A stretch of DNA of 64,000 nucleotides. It comes from Octopus sinensis. Lineage: Eukaryota. This document shows positions 48,910-62,505 of the stretch, in pieces (position 1 is the first letter of the stretch; each line of letters begins with the position of its first letter). The stretch is from assembly GCF_006345805.1 (NCBI RefSeq), contig NC_042997.1, positions 176,886,001 through 176,950,000 of the forward strand, given 5' to 3'. The notes below the pieces were generated by a model. The model was given only the letters and a program-made list of their open reading frames with translations, was not told the DNA's origin and did no database searches. The translations under genes and the position numbers were made by a program.

Positions 48910-51900
48910 TATTATGGTCAGCATTCCACAAATGAAAGCTAAAAAATGTGTAGAAAATGCCAAGAGATGTGACTGTAATGTGGTTCTGACAGAAAGATAC
49001 CAGAAACTAGAACTTAGTTTGAAATTGATCTGAAAATAATCACTAAAAGCGCATGGAGTAGAGTGAATGTTTGGTACGAAATACATGTATGCAAGTGTGC
49101 TGCAACACTATCTGAGTTAAAGGGTTAAGTGCAATAAAAGTTATGTTCTCTGAAAACGAAAATAAAATGGTTAGTTACCTTCTGATGAAATGCAATTGAA
49201 TAATGGATAGGGAGTTGGCGGAAAAGAGTTAATGAAACACCATCAAAATATATACCGCATGTAACTGCATAAAATCATCTTGCATTGAAAAGCCAGATGA
49301 TCATGTCAATCATGAGACGAAACCGGTTGTATATGAACATGTAGAAATGAAGATAGTGTAAAATTCAGTTGTATTGAAGCTGTAGTGCCTTTGCTCATAA
49401 ATCTGCTTCATCAGCGTTGACCTGGAGTTAAACAAGTTCTTAGTTGTAACTGTTGCAATTTAAACGTAGCTCAACCGTGATCGGACAGACCTTTGATCAA
49501 AAGCACTCCAGCCGAGGCCAACCTGTCTTTTCGATATTATTATTTGCGTTATTTTCTTTTAATATAAGTCGACAGAAAATGATTTGAGGGAGTTTTGGCG
49601 ACTATTTGCTTTTTGGAGTCGATAAAATAAATTATCCGTCAAGTACTGAGCTTAGCTTAATAAAAAAAAAACATTTTAACCTTCTCCCTTAAATTGCAGG
49701 CCTTGTGACTACCCTAGAAACAATTATAGGCAAGCTGCCGACAGAATCGGATAAATCTCTTGAATTAAAAACCTGATTGGTACAACTTTACTTAATTTAC
49801 ATCATTAATAGTTTTTTTTTAAAGAGAAAAAACACAGAAAATTCTCATTCTGTAGCTTCTAAAAATTTTAAGATTTATGAGTTGTGTAACTTCAAAAAAT
49901 TTCAAAATTTATGGATAATCAGGGAACAATATAATTCATTAATTCATTTCGGTATTAATTTAAATAATCAGAATGACTCTTTAAATTATCAAAAACAGGC
50001 AAATTCTGTAGGCTTGACAGATTCAATGAAGAATGAACGACACATTCTGATGAAGGGCGGTATTAATTTCACATATGGAAGTATGCTAGCGGACATTTGT
50101 TTCTTAGAAACATCAATAACGGAAATCTTTTGTTGTCACTGCAAGAGTTGGATAGAAAAGACGTTAATTTACTGAATGTGCAGCGGAAGTAGTTCTAACA
50201 ATTTAACATAATGTGTTGCTACAAAACAAACATGAAGAATAGACGAACATTTGGCAAACTACATTATTTTCGCTCCATTTTCTTTCACGAATTCTTTGTC
50301 TCAGTTACTCGGGTTTATATCCATGGTTCCAGCCTTGTTAGAATGTATTGTTCAATTCTTCTGCATGAGAGCTGATTTCAAGTGATTATTTCGCAAACCG
50401 TTTACATCTGTCTCACATGCTTTTCCATCAGTGAATCTATAAACAATAGTATTATTGCCAAAACGTTTTGGACGTAGTATTTTTTTTACAAATATGCAAT
50501 GAGTCTATAAACTTATTGTTATTGCTGAAGCTTAACCCCAGGTTAGCTCTGTCTGAGCTCACCTATAAACAAAAGTAACCAGCCATGATCACCCTGTTTT
50601 TTCCTATGGGTCAGGAACTCCAAACCAGAATATATAACCTGTCCTTCATTTTCTAAGATGGTGGTGTGTGATTTGAGGTTTATTTACCCACCGTTTCTAG
50701 CTGACCAAGCGACTACAAAATGATTCTCGTTGGTTTGTCTGTTCACTTATTGGAATCGATTGTTTTTATATTTTGAATTATTTAAGACGACCTAATCATG
50801 CATTTAAGATGAATAAAAGGAGAGAAAAAACAAAAATGACAAAACTGTCAAAGTGTTTAATATACAATTCTCAAAATAATAGACCGTATCATTGAGGAGA
50901 ACATGTTGATGTTAAACCAGCTTGGTGTAAAATGTATATTAAATAATCATTATATGGAAAGTGACAGATGCAAGACATTAATTATCGTAGGAAATGATAG
51001 TGTTAACACGGCATAAAGTATCATTGAACATGTCCTGCCTGGTGATGTCTGATTTCTTTCTTAAGTAAATAACAGGCTTTAAAATTTCGATTTCCACCCA
51101 GCACATTGCTGATTGGTGAAAAAGAATGAAAAAATACCCTGTCATGTTTTGAATTCAGAAGCATGAAGTAACTGATTAGATACTGTTTATGGTATTCAAC
51201 GATGTTTCATCTCATCACAATTTGCATGATTGTGACTCCTTTTGTTGATATAGCGTGATAGTTGTAAATGAGTGTCACGTAATGCAAACGGTGTTGTTTC
51301 TAACGATTCAACAGTCTTCTGCCTTATCTCCAATTCAATGAAACTAGGTTTTTTCACGATAAGATTTCAACCAAATACGAGGAAGTTGAGATTGGTGCGA
51401 AGTTCCATTGAGAATTGTACATTGTGATTGATGGTATACTACTTTCCTATTACGCTTTCATGTAGTTGCGATAAAGTTTGTCTTTTTGAGAATAAGCAAA
51501 GAAAAATATGATTCACAATTGGCGTTTAACACCTGTATTTAAACAGCCAGGCTGAAAGTGAGTGTGGTCGAGTGCGTCGTTCAAATCAAGTGTCTCCTGG
51601 AGAGGGACACCAGTGACAAAGTGAGTGAAAGGCATGACATGAGACTATGCATTATCTGACTAAAATGCCGCCCTGAGGCCTTACTCTTGGATTTTAAGCT
51701 TCGTGTACTATCTAGTATCGATACAAACGTGGAACGGTAGTTGCTGTAGAATTTGTAGAATTTGGCAAAAAACGTAAGATTAAACACACATTCACACACA
51801 AACATACATTATAAGGCAAGTATGTACCCAAATACATAAAAAAGTATGTCTCTCTGTCTCTCTTCGGTTTGAAAATCTTTATCCATTAGTACGAATATTA

Positions 51901-54030
51901 AAGAGTATTACCGAGGTTATGTGTTTGGACGGACAGTGGTGCAAGTATTTTGTTATATTAAAACCGGGTCCTAGCCTGGGTAGTTGTAATAGTGTGAACT
52001 CTGTTAAAAGTATCCGGAGGCTGCAAGGCAGTGCTAAACTGAACGGCGTGTTAAACTTTCCACCCAATATTAAATTGAATGAACTCAATATTAACTGGGA
52101 GGGACCTACCATCTAAATGTTATGCAAAAAGATCAGTTAAGGCTTACAAGATGTACCTGGCGGTGTGTTAAATCTAACACCAAAAGCAAATGCCTAATAC
52201 ATTCACAAACTTCTCTCAAAAATAGAACCTTTGTGCTTAATAAAAAATAAATAATTTTGTTGTTATTAGAGTGCTAAAGCAACAATTTTGTTTTTAACTA
52301 TATTGTATAAGACACAGTATGTGGCAAGAAATTATCTATTACCTCAGGTAAGCTAATTAAGGTTGCTGTGGAAACGAGGACAAAATACCAAGTCAACTAA
52401 TTAGGAACATTCAATTAGAGTGAACTTTCTTAAAGTCGGAAAGAAGTACAAACAAAACAAATATGCGAAAGATAAACAAAGCAGACAAAACTCACTTTTT
52501 CTCTTGTTCATAACAACTTACATTATTTTTAGCTAATTGGAAAAAAAAATAAAGTAAAAAAAATGTAGGTAATTTTAAAAAAATTCCAACTATGATTAAT
52601 TTAAGAACAAACATAGCTACCGAAAATTGTTTTCTGTTTCGATATCATTTAAACTCTATCTAACCTTTAGGTCATTCAAATTACTCAGCAGTACATCTCT
52701 CACTCTGTCTCTCTCTCTCTCTCCCTACATATACATACATACATGTGTGTGTATGTGCGTGTGCGTGTATGTGTGTGTGTGTGTGTGTATGTGTGTGTGC
52801 GCGCTGCGTACTTTTCTAGGGAAATGTTGAAAAATAAATTAAGATTTGAAAATGTGAAAATCCTTTTGTTTTATTAATTTGCTTAATTAATCACTTGGTT
52901 CGAAATCATTCTTGTGCAGAATGGATTCTTTTAACTTCGAATTTTAAAAGCAAAATTATTTATAACAAGAAATTTGTTTAACGCTTTGAAAAATTTATCA
53001 CGCTAAGAGAATAGAAGAAGACAGGAGTCAAGGTCTAAAGTCAAAAGTTTCTATTCTGTCAGCGTCGCGAGACAGTTTATCATTTTATATAAATAAATAT
53101 CCTCATTAATTATCAAAACACATCTCTGTAAACGATAGAAAGGTTTTTTCTGTATTGGTCCATAGAGAACGAAACTCTTATGGCTGCGTTAGAGATTTGA
53201 AGCTCAAGCTAATTTTAGGTCGATTTTGTTGGAGTCAATAAAACCATTTTATTGCAAATATGTATTTGTATGTTATCTTCTATTTTTAACTATATTTATC
53301 TATTTTTAGTCATTCCAACAGCAGTTTGTTCATACTATCACGTGATACATTCACTGGATTGACACAATATTGACTTTCGGCGCAATTATCATTCACAATG
53401 TTAAGTGATCTAATACGTGAACATAACGCGCAATTGTTATTTACAATGTCTCTCTGCACGTTCACTAGAATAATACAGTTTAATTTTTGGCACAGTTATC
53501 ATTCATACAGTCACTTAACCCTAAAATGTTGAATCACGGAAAATTAAACCAAAGTCTGACTTCGAGACCAACTTCAATCAATCAAACTATATTTCAAATT
53601 TTGGAAATTTGAACTGCAATCTCTCCCCCAAAATGTGCGAATTTCCAAACCCCGGTCATAATAGAGTCAAATACAGTGTAGCTTCAGGTTCAAGCGATTC
53701 TCACTATCTACGAAAATTATGAATTAATTAAATATAAACAAATCTTCTTAAAGGTATACATTTTGTTGTAGTTATAAGTATTTAATAGTATTGCTCGAAG
53801 CTTCGTGGGCGCAGAACGTGCTCATATCATCACATGTGTATGTAAGCTGATACACTCGTGTATATACGTATATACGTAAGCTTAAACACACATTCACACA
53901 CAAACATACATTACAAGGCAAGTAAGTTCCCAAATACATAAAAAAGTATTTCTCTCTGTCTGTCTCTCTCCCCATACATACATACATACATACATACATA
54001 CATACATACATACATACATACATACATACA

Positions 54031-54104
<74 letters not shown>

Positions 54105-55473
54105 AGTGTGGTGATACAATGAGGAATGTAAAATCCAAACCATGAGAATATAAATATTTAATTACCAATCAACAGAAGTTACGCAGTGATTCATGTGCCA
54201 AGAGTGCCACCACAGGAAACTTTTGATCCTCGAGTCACTTTGTAACTTTTGCTGATTATTGTCACTACTCCGAAAGCAAGCATAGGTGGCAGCACCAACA
54301 GTCACCAGTCAGATTTCACCCCGCCATTATATACATATATATATATCGCGCGTTGTTGTGTTTTCTCTTTGTGTTTTCATGTTTGGATCAACTTTATATA
54401 TATAAATACATATATACTCACATACATATTTACATACGTATATATATATACACACTCATACACAAACACCCATATACGTGCCCACGCGCACACACATGCA
54501 CACACATATATAGGACTAGAAACCATATTATTCCTGAATTCGTACTGTAAACTTAAGTAATTCACACAAAAATAAAAACTTAAGTATATTCCATACTATC
54601 GCAACAAGGATTAGATACACAAAAGTATTACTTTATATGATAGAGATTAAAATTATTGTAAGATAATAAAAAGAATTATTGCATATTTTCGATTTATACA
54701 AAAATTAATAATATATATGCGTAAACACGTATATATATTTATATATATACTTTCTTGTGTATATGTATATTTGCTTTACTTTATATCTCTACATATCATA
54801 ATATATACATGGCAATCCTAACAAAACGTATAAATTGAAAATTGCTTAAAGTACGAGTTCTTAATTCACAGCGGTTTTATTCATGTAAATTGCATTAAGT
54901 TTACATATTATTAGTGCATACATACATGAGGGTGTATTTATATATCAATGTGCGTGTGTCTGTATGTACATAAAGATGTAAATTTTTATCAAAGTTATTA
55001 AATATTGAATGAGAAAGAAAAGTATCAATAAGTAAACTGAAGTAGTGCGGCAAAGACAACGAGAAAATCTTATTAATTAGAATAGAATGAAGAGTAATTA
55101 ATGTTTGAAACGGAACAATATAAATATTGGATATCAAAAATTGAAATGATTTCTCAAATACATACATACATGCATACATGCATGCATACATACATACATA
55201 CATACATACATACATACATACATACATACATACATACATACATACATACATGCATGCCTACATACCTACCTACATACATACATACATACTTATGTACATA
55301 CACACACGTACATAAATCAAATAAATACGTATAGAATAGAAATTACTAGACACAGGTATGTCAAAACAATATAGAATATGAGGTTTTAGAAAACTGAATT
55401 TGAATCATGAGCCATGCGACTGGATCAAAATCCTCGTATTAACGTATGGTAGGAGAAGAAAGTATTGGGCAAT

Positions 55474-55658
55474 TGTTGTGTCGACGCCCCTAGACGATGA
55501 AGTAGACTAGCCCAATACGTAGATATAGAGGGAGAAGTCTAGACGTCGTAGAGTATCAGTCGTAGTAGAACTAGAACAGAGAACAGTTGAATAGCAGAGT
55601 AGCGGTGAGAGTAGAGTAGAGCAGAGTAGTAGAAGGCATCCGAACGTGCGACATAACT
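55474..55658. mobile_element. 185-bp solo-LTR-like or MITE insertion with 5-bp TSD
   Basis: GCAAT at 55469-55473 and 55659-55663; termini TGTTGTGTCG and CGACATAACT are imperfect inverted repeats. Confidence 0.5.
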
Positions 55659-55913
55659 GCAATATGCAGATTTGAAGAAAAAAATCTAAGGAGGTAAAAA
55701 TATAAGCATGAACGCTAATTATGAAAATAACAAATAAATGTATTGGGTGCGATATAGGTTCTTCAAGTTTTTATGAATTGGATGATGGGTTTCGTTGGTG
55801 GGAGTGTTGGCAAAAAATAGAGTTAAGTTGATAGGCTAAAAATAAAATAGGGAAATTTAGTAATAAACAAAACTGTGAGAAATATGATGGTACTTAATTA
55901 GAAGGTAAATAAT

Positions 55914-57642
55914 TTGGATCTTTTGCTTTTGATGGACGGAATTCAACACAATTTCTAGTTAACTAAACAATTTGAAACTCCGTATACTGGTAGAATGTGT
56001 CAAAAGAAAACATTATTTTCACTTGGCTTTTTTGAGAAAATTGTAATTTTAACCAATGAATTGCCAGCATTTGAGCTCAAATGATTTGCTGCGTTATCGA
56101 TGTTGATAAACAAACGAGGAGGCATGTGCTAGAAATAACAGCCATATCTCTTAAATATCAAAAGGAAAAGATCCCACACGCATACAAACACTTGCATATA
56201 CAAGCACGCCTGCATATAGAAGTAAATATACATACACACGCACACATGCACACACAGACAAGTATACATATACATACACAAAGATACATGCTTATGCGCA
56301 TATACGCACGCCGCATACACACACACACATATATTCAGATACATACACGTGTACACTTTCACACACACACACACACTCTCTGTCACTCTCTCTCTCACTC
56401 TCTCAAACACATGCATATACATTTGCACAAGCACATAGTAATTAATATATAAGCGTACTTAATAAAGTAATTAATATATAATGGCGGTGAGCTGGCAGAA
56501 ACGTTAGCACGCCGGGCGAAATGCGTAGCCGTATTTCGTCTGCCGTTACGTTCTGAGTTCAAATTCCGCCGAGGTCGACTTTGCCTTTCATCCTTTCGGG
56601 GTCGATAAATAAAGTACCAGTTACGCACTGGGGTCGATGTAATCGACTTAATCTGTTTGTCTGTCCTTGTTTGTCCCCTCTATGTTTAGCCCCTTGTGGG
56701 CAGTAAAGAAATAAATATATAAGCGTACACACACATACAAACGTACATACACATACAAACGGAGATATACATACACACACATACGCACACAAGCATACAT
56801 ACACGTTTGTGAGTTCGCACTGGTGTCGATAGAATCGACTTAATACTTTTGTATCTCATGCTTTGTCTCCTCTGTGTTTTGCCCCTTGCCGGAACAAATT
56901 TACACAAAAGGTAAATAAACCAGAAATGGGAGAAGGAGGGAATCAATGTTTCATCGTTTCGGGGTCGATAAATTAAGTACCAATTACGCACTGGTGTCGA
57001 GGATTTTTTCCCCAATTTATATCACAGCCTCCGACAAGCTGAGGCATCCTTTTATGAAAAAATATTTCGCAAATTTTTACAATACGACCCACACTCCACG
57101 CGCACACTCATATCCCACTATAGACCGATTTAGGCATATTATTGTTTTGTTTTTGTTGTTTTTGGCCCTTCAAAACCATGGTAGAAGCCTTTTCGGTAAA
57201 AAAAATAAAGAAAATATTCAAAAAATATCGTTAATATTTTTATTGGGCGACGAAATTCATCGATTTAAGAGATATGGCTGTTATTTCTAGCACATGCCTC
57301 CTCGTTTGTTTATCAATATCGATGAGTGAGACCGACAGAAGAGAGAAGGATGAATAACACGTGTGTCTGTGTGTGTGTGTGCGTGTGCGCGCTGTTTATG
57401 TTGTAACAGGATGTTGTCTGAGTTTTTAGACGCAGCAAATGATTTGAGCTCAAATGCTGGCAATTCATTGGTTAAAATTCGAAGAATTAAACTACGTTAA
57501 ACTTACAAATTACAATGTTCTCAAAAAAGCCAAGTGAAAATAATGTTTTCCTTTGACACATTCTACCAGTATACGAAGTTTCAAATTGTTTAGTTAACTA
57601 GAAATTGTGTTGAATTCCGTCCATCAAAAGGAAAATATCCAA
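55914..57642. mobile_element. Long inverted arms of a GGATC-TIR-related DNA element enclosing SINEs
   Basis: 55914-56156 is the reverse complement of 57263-57642 apart from two insertions; shares GGATCTTTT and CGTATACTGGTAGAA with the 25393 MITE family. Confidence 0.75.
56483..56713 (+). mobile_element. Young SINE family A
   Basis: Near-consensus copy; partial A fragments follow at about 56820-56890 and 56950-57000. Confidence 0.93.
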
Positions 57643-58078
57643 TAATTTAAGTAAATAAATGTACAGGTGTGTTGGTGTATCAAGCTAGTAAACAGCAAAA
57701 GTAAAAGAGACGACTATAGGGTAAACATACATATCATTTACAATTCGGATTATTAAAGGAGCTGAAAATACATATGGTTTAAAATGTGATAGCATGAAGT
57801 TATGCTTTTCGAACAGGTTTTAGTAAAAATATTTTCAAAGACAATTGTAGTGCAATTTTTAGCTTTGGTTGAATTTGCAGTGTGTAAACTATGTTCTTTG
57901 ATGAGCAATTACAATTGAATTAGTCCCATTACAGTCAAAGAATGTGGTTGTAGGGAGGTTAATTCTAGCAAAATTAGAAGAAGCAATAGTTTATGCAGGG
58001 TTTAGTATAATATAGTATAATAGAATATGGAATATTGACGGTTATCATATTAAAAATAGTATAATACCAATGTTGTGA

Positions 58079-58191
58079 TGGTAAATGCTCTTAAGCGTGG
58101 TAAATGCTCTTAAGCGTGGTAAATGCTCTTAAGCGTGGTAAATGCTCTTAAGCGTGGTAAATGCTCTTAAGCGTGGTAAATGCTCTTAAGC
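58079..58191. repeat. Perfect 19-bp minisatellite (TGGTAAATGCTCTTAAGCG) x about 6
   Basis: Five full units plus 18/19 of a sixth, no spacers. Confidence 0.96.
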
Positions 58192-61100
58192 TAGATAAAA
58201 TGTTTGGCCATGAGTGTTATTATAAATTATATGAGCATTTGAATCAACATTTGTATCTATTTCTACGGTGGAATGTTCTGTTTGTTAGTTCAGTATAAAA
58301 AATTTTCTTTTGAAGACTACTACTATAAAATTGTTCGTTAGTAGAACGGTTTAATAATGTAATACATTTTAAACCAAATTATTTAAAATATTCCAAGGAA
58401 ACTGCTTATATATATAACTACATATTTTGCTTGGCTGTTTGTAAAAGTTATATAAATTTGTGGTGAAATTGTGTACACCCAAGCATGTTTTTACGTAAAT
58501 ACGCTTCATCAGCTACGGACACCGACCCCGTCTTTCATAGTCCACTGAGAAATGTCGTTCTAATATTGAAACATCAAATAGCAAAGCTTTGTTAAGTAAG
58601 AATGAATTAATTAGAGAAACTCTAAACAGTTATGTTTATAACATAGATGTGTACAATTTTATCTACCACGTTCGTGTATACTAGAAAACGGACAGATCTT
58701 CTCTACAGAAACTGTTTCGGTGCAGAAATTCTTATAATGTATATTGCTGTCCAGTGTCATTCTGGTTAATTAATTCCAGTTTGATAAGGCTTTGCACACA
58801 TCAGTAAATTTACTATTTGCTGTTTAACTATAAGAACAGCAGTACTTGGTGGGCTATAGTCGACGGGTCCGGTTTCTGTAGCTGATGAAAATTTATGGCG
58901 CAGAAACATGTGTGCTATAGACTGATTATCTCATTGATAGCCGAGTGTTAAATATAATTGTTTTCAGCTATATTGTAACTATCACTGTTTCGTGTCCCTC
59001 TTATCAAAACAATGAATAGGATTAGTACTCGCGGTAATAATAGGCCATTAATTATTTCAAAGAAATCTTAATCTTTTTTCTGTGTTTGTCAGTAAGCTGA
59101 GGGCTGCTGTCATCACGGTAAAAATCGCTCCAAATAGAAGTTTAATTTTTATATTGTAAAGTAAGAATAAACCTCTAAGACCACTAGCCCTCGCATTGTC
59201 GGCCCCATAATGAAATCAAGAGATTTATTTCAGAGTATTATGTCCAACTGGACTGGTTGTAATTTGCCTCAGTTAATATTGATTTCAAGCTTTGGTACAA
59301 GGCCAGCAATTTCGGTGGAATTTGAATTCAGAACGTGAAGACGGACGAAATGCTGCCTAGCATTTAAGCATTTCACCCGGCGTACTAACAATTCTGTCAG
59401 CTTGCCGCCTTTGTCTCAGTCAGTATTAGTAATAGATCTAACGAAATTTAGTATATTTATCAATAAAAACTTATTTGCTGAAGTACAATAGTTCTTGATG
59501 TCGAATTGCAAAAGTTCGATTTACTTAGAAGGGATTGGAACCAAACCGTCACTGTGTTTGTTCCATAAAATTAAAGGAGAAACATTCTTAATTTTCAGCA
59601 GAATTTTGTCCAACGTATTCTTATTAATAATACTAATGTCCTAGTTAGTGGGGTTTATAAGTCTTTGTTTGTGTATGTGTGTATGTATGTGTTGTGTGTG
59701 TGTGTATGTGTGTGTGTGCGTATATATACCCACGCTGATGTGTGTGCGTGAGTAATGATTAAACAAGGGATTGCTATAAAAGTTTGGCGGATAGTCCTTG
59801 AGAGTAAAATACGGTTCTTTAGCTCCGAGAGCTTTCACTTCATACTATAGGTCCAAATCGGTGTTACTATTCAGGCTAAGGGTATTATTCACGTGCAGTA
59901 TATTGTGCAACTAGTATAATTCTTAACAAAACATAGATATCTGTTTTAATCCATTTCATATAAGTTCTCAGATTTGCCAGATTACAGGTATGTGTTCTGC
60001 GAGTTATGCATTTTCTTACATTTTCTATTCATTTCTCACCGGAAGGCCTAATTATTCTTCTTTAACTATATATTTTATATGAGTACGAAATGATCATCTT
60101 CAGAAGATTGTAGAAGTCTCCTAACTGGTAGGCCCTTGTTTGTATTAAAGTAACATTTAAAGTTATTTGTAGAGATCAAATGATATATCATGATATATCA
60201 GTGTCGCTTGAATCGTTAGTGTCGGATGAAATAGTTAACGGTTCTTGCTCTTCATAGTCTTAGTTCAAATCACGCTAAAGTCTAGGATTGATACAATAAA
60301 GAATCAGCCAAGTACTTGGATATAATCGATTATTTCTTCCGTTAGATTTAATAACTTATACCTATGTAAGAAATCACATATATGATAAGGGTGGTAGCGG
60401 ATTGGTGGGATTGGTAGCACCTCAAACAAAATGCGTCGTGATAGTTGGTTATGCTTGATAAAATTTTGATTTGATGTCCCACCGAGGTCGATTTTACTTT
60501 CCACTGATAAAATAATGACACTGATTTAATCAACGCTCTCCTCAAGTTTGTGATCTTGTACTCATACAATATTCTGCAATAAGGGTGGTGAATTGACAAA
60601 TTCACTAAAGTGTAAAACAAAAATGAGTTAAGGGGTTTAGTTACGTATGGCCCTTTACGTTTGCCTTCAAATTCCTTAGAGGTTGTCTTTGACTGTCTTC
60701 CTTCAAGGGTACATGAAATTAATGTACCATTCAGGAATTAGGGTCGATGTTAATCGGTTATACCTTCGTATATTGTGTCCATGTTATAAATCAAAATTTT
60801 GCAATATTGTCACAAAACTATGACGAACCTCGTATAGCAAGATGTAGCTTTATGGCAATTGGAGACCTCGGCCCAACTTTCAGTTCTTTGTTAAAACATT
60901 CACCTCATATACGTTACTAATATCACCACAAGGAAAAACATCAGCACCATATTATTATAAGGTTTCTTATACTCCCCTTAAAACACATGGGGTTTGTGTA
61001 GAGTAAAAAGAATCCCAAAGTGCAAATCTCGTCTTGATTATCATCCATGAATTGTTGATAAAAATAAGCAAATACCAACCATGTGTTGGTGGCGAGTCGA

Positions 61101-61255
61101 GCAAACATACCATTCCATTTCAAACGTACCACCTTGTGCTAAACGTGAGGAATCAATACTGTCGCAAATCTAAGCTAAATTTTATAGTAGACTTATCCTC
61201 GGTGTCGAACAATTGTTCAGTAAGCTTACATTATTCATTTGGTAAGCAACCAGTA

Positions 61256-61262
61256 CACACAC

Positions 61263-61330
<68 letters not shown>

Positions 61331-61377
61331 AACACACACATACACGCACACATACACACACATGCATACAGATACAT

Positions 61378-61408
<31 letters not shown>

Positions 61409-62099
61409 CAGACACACAGATACACATAAACATATACATATACTCATATACACATATACTTATACACATATACATATACATATAATACATATACACATAC
61501 ATATGCACATATACATATATAGATATACATCTATAAATATACATTTATACATACACACATATATATATATATAGATATATACATATTCATATATATATAT
61601 ATGTATATATATATTTATGTATTTTTGTATTTTTGTCTGTCACAGTATGTATGGTTTTACGTATTCGTCTGATGCTTTTGGGGGCATTTATTATTTATGA
61701 TTCTCACCTGAAAATTTTCTATAAATGCCAGTCGAATCGATAGAAAAATAGGGGAGTCTTTCAGTGTGCCCAATAATAAAAAGCTGTCCCAACCATTCAT
61801 ATTTAAATCTATTCCCATCGTCTCAAGTTTTCCATTTGATAAATCGTATTAACTTCCATGAATCTTTTCAGAATAGCAATCGATAAATGCATCACGTCTT
61901 TTGATGATAGCATTGCATTTGGTGTTTGTCTAAATTTGTTCACGTAGTTTGGCAAAGCTGTACTTATTGTATAAAAGTTAGTATTTTGACGCTAGAAATT
62001 ATAGTGGAAACAATACTACATTCATTCTTTCATACATACATGCATACATACACACACATACATACATACATACATACATACATACATACATACATACTT

Positions 62100-62140
<41 letters not shown>

Positions 62141-62366
62141 GACACACACACACATATAGACACATGTATATATCTGTATATATATATATTTATATATATA
62201 CATATACATACATAGACATATATGCATATACATAAATAGATATGCATATATATACATATAATTATATATATACACACATACACATACATACATACATACA
62301 TACATACATACATACATACATGCATGCATAGATACATACATACACATATATACATACATACATACA

Positions 62367-62402
<36 letters not shown>

Positions 62403-62404
62403 TA

Positions 62405-62458
<54 letters not shown>

Positions 62459-62505
62459 TACATATATACATATATACACATATATACATATATACACTCA
62501 CACAC
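61256..62505. repeat. Compound (CA)n/(CATA)n/(TA)n microsatellite fields
   Basis: Runs at about 61256-61610 and 62030-62505; similar fields at 53974-54100, 55160-55290, 44617-44689, 39966-40026, 40625-40690, 37392-37490, 34946-35025. Confidence 0.93.

Noticed and set aside
58079-58191. CRISPR-like repeat array
   Set aside because: Units are head-to-tail with no spacers, in a eukaryotic context
47740-61040. Shared 16-mer AATCTCGTCTTGATTA (NQDEI) at 47740 and 61025 suggesting paralogous genes
   Set aside because: Flanks do not align, and one 16-mer match is plausible by chance in 64 kb of AT-rich DNA
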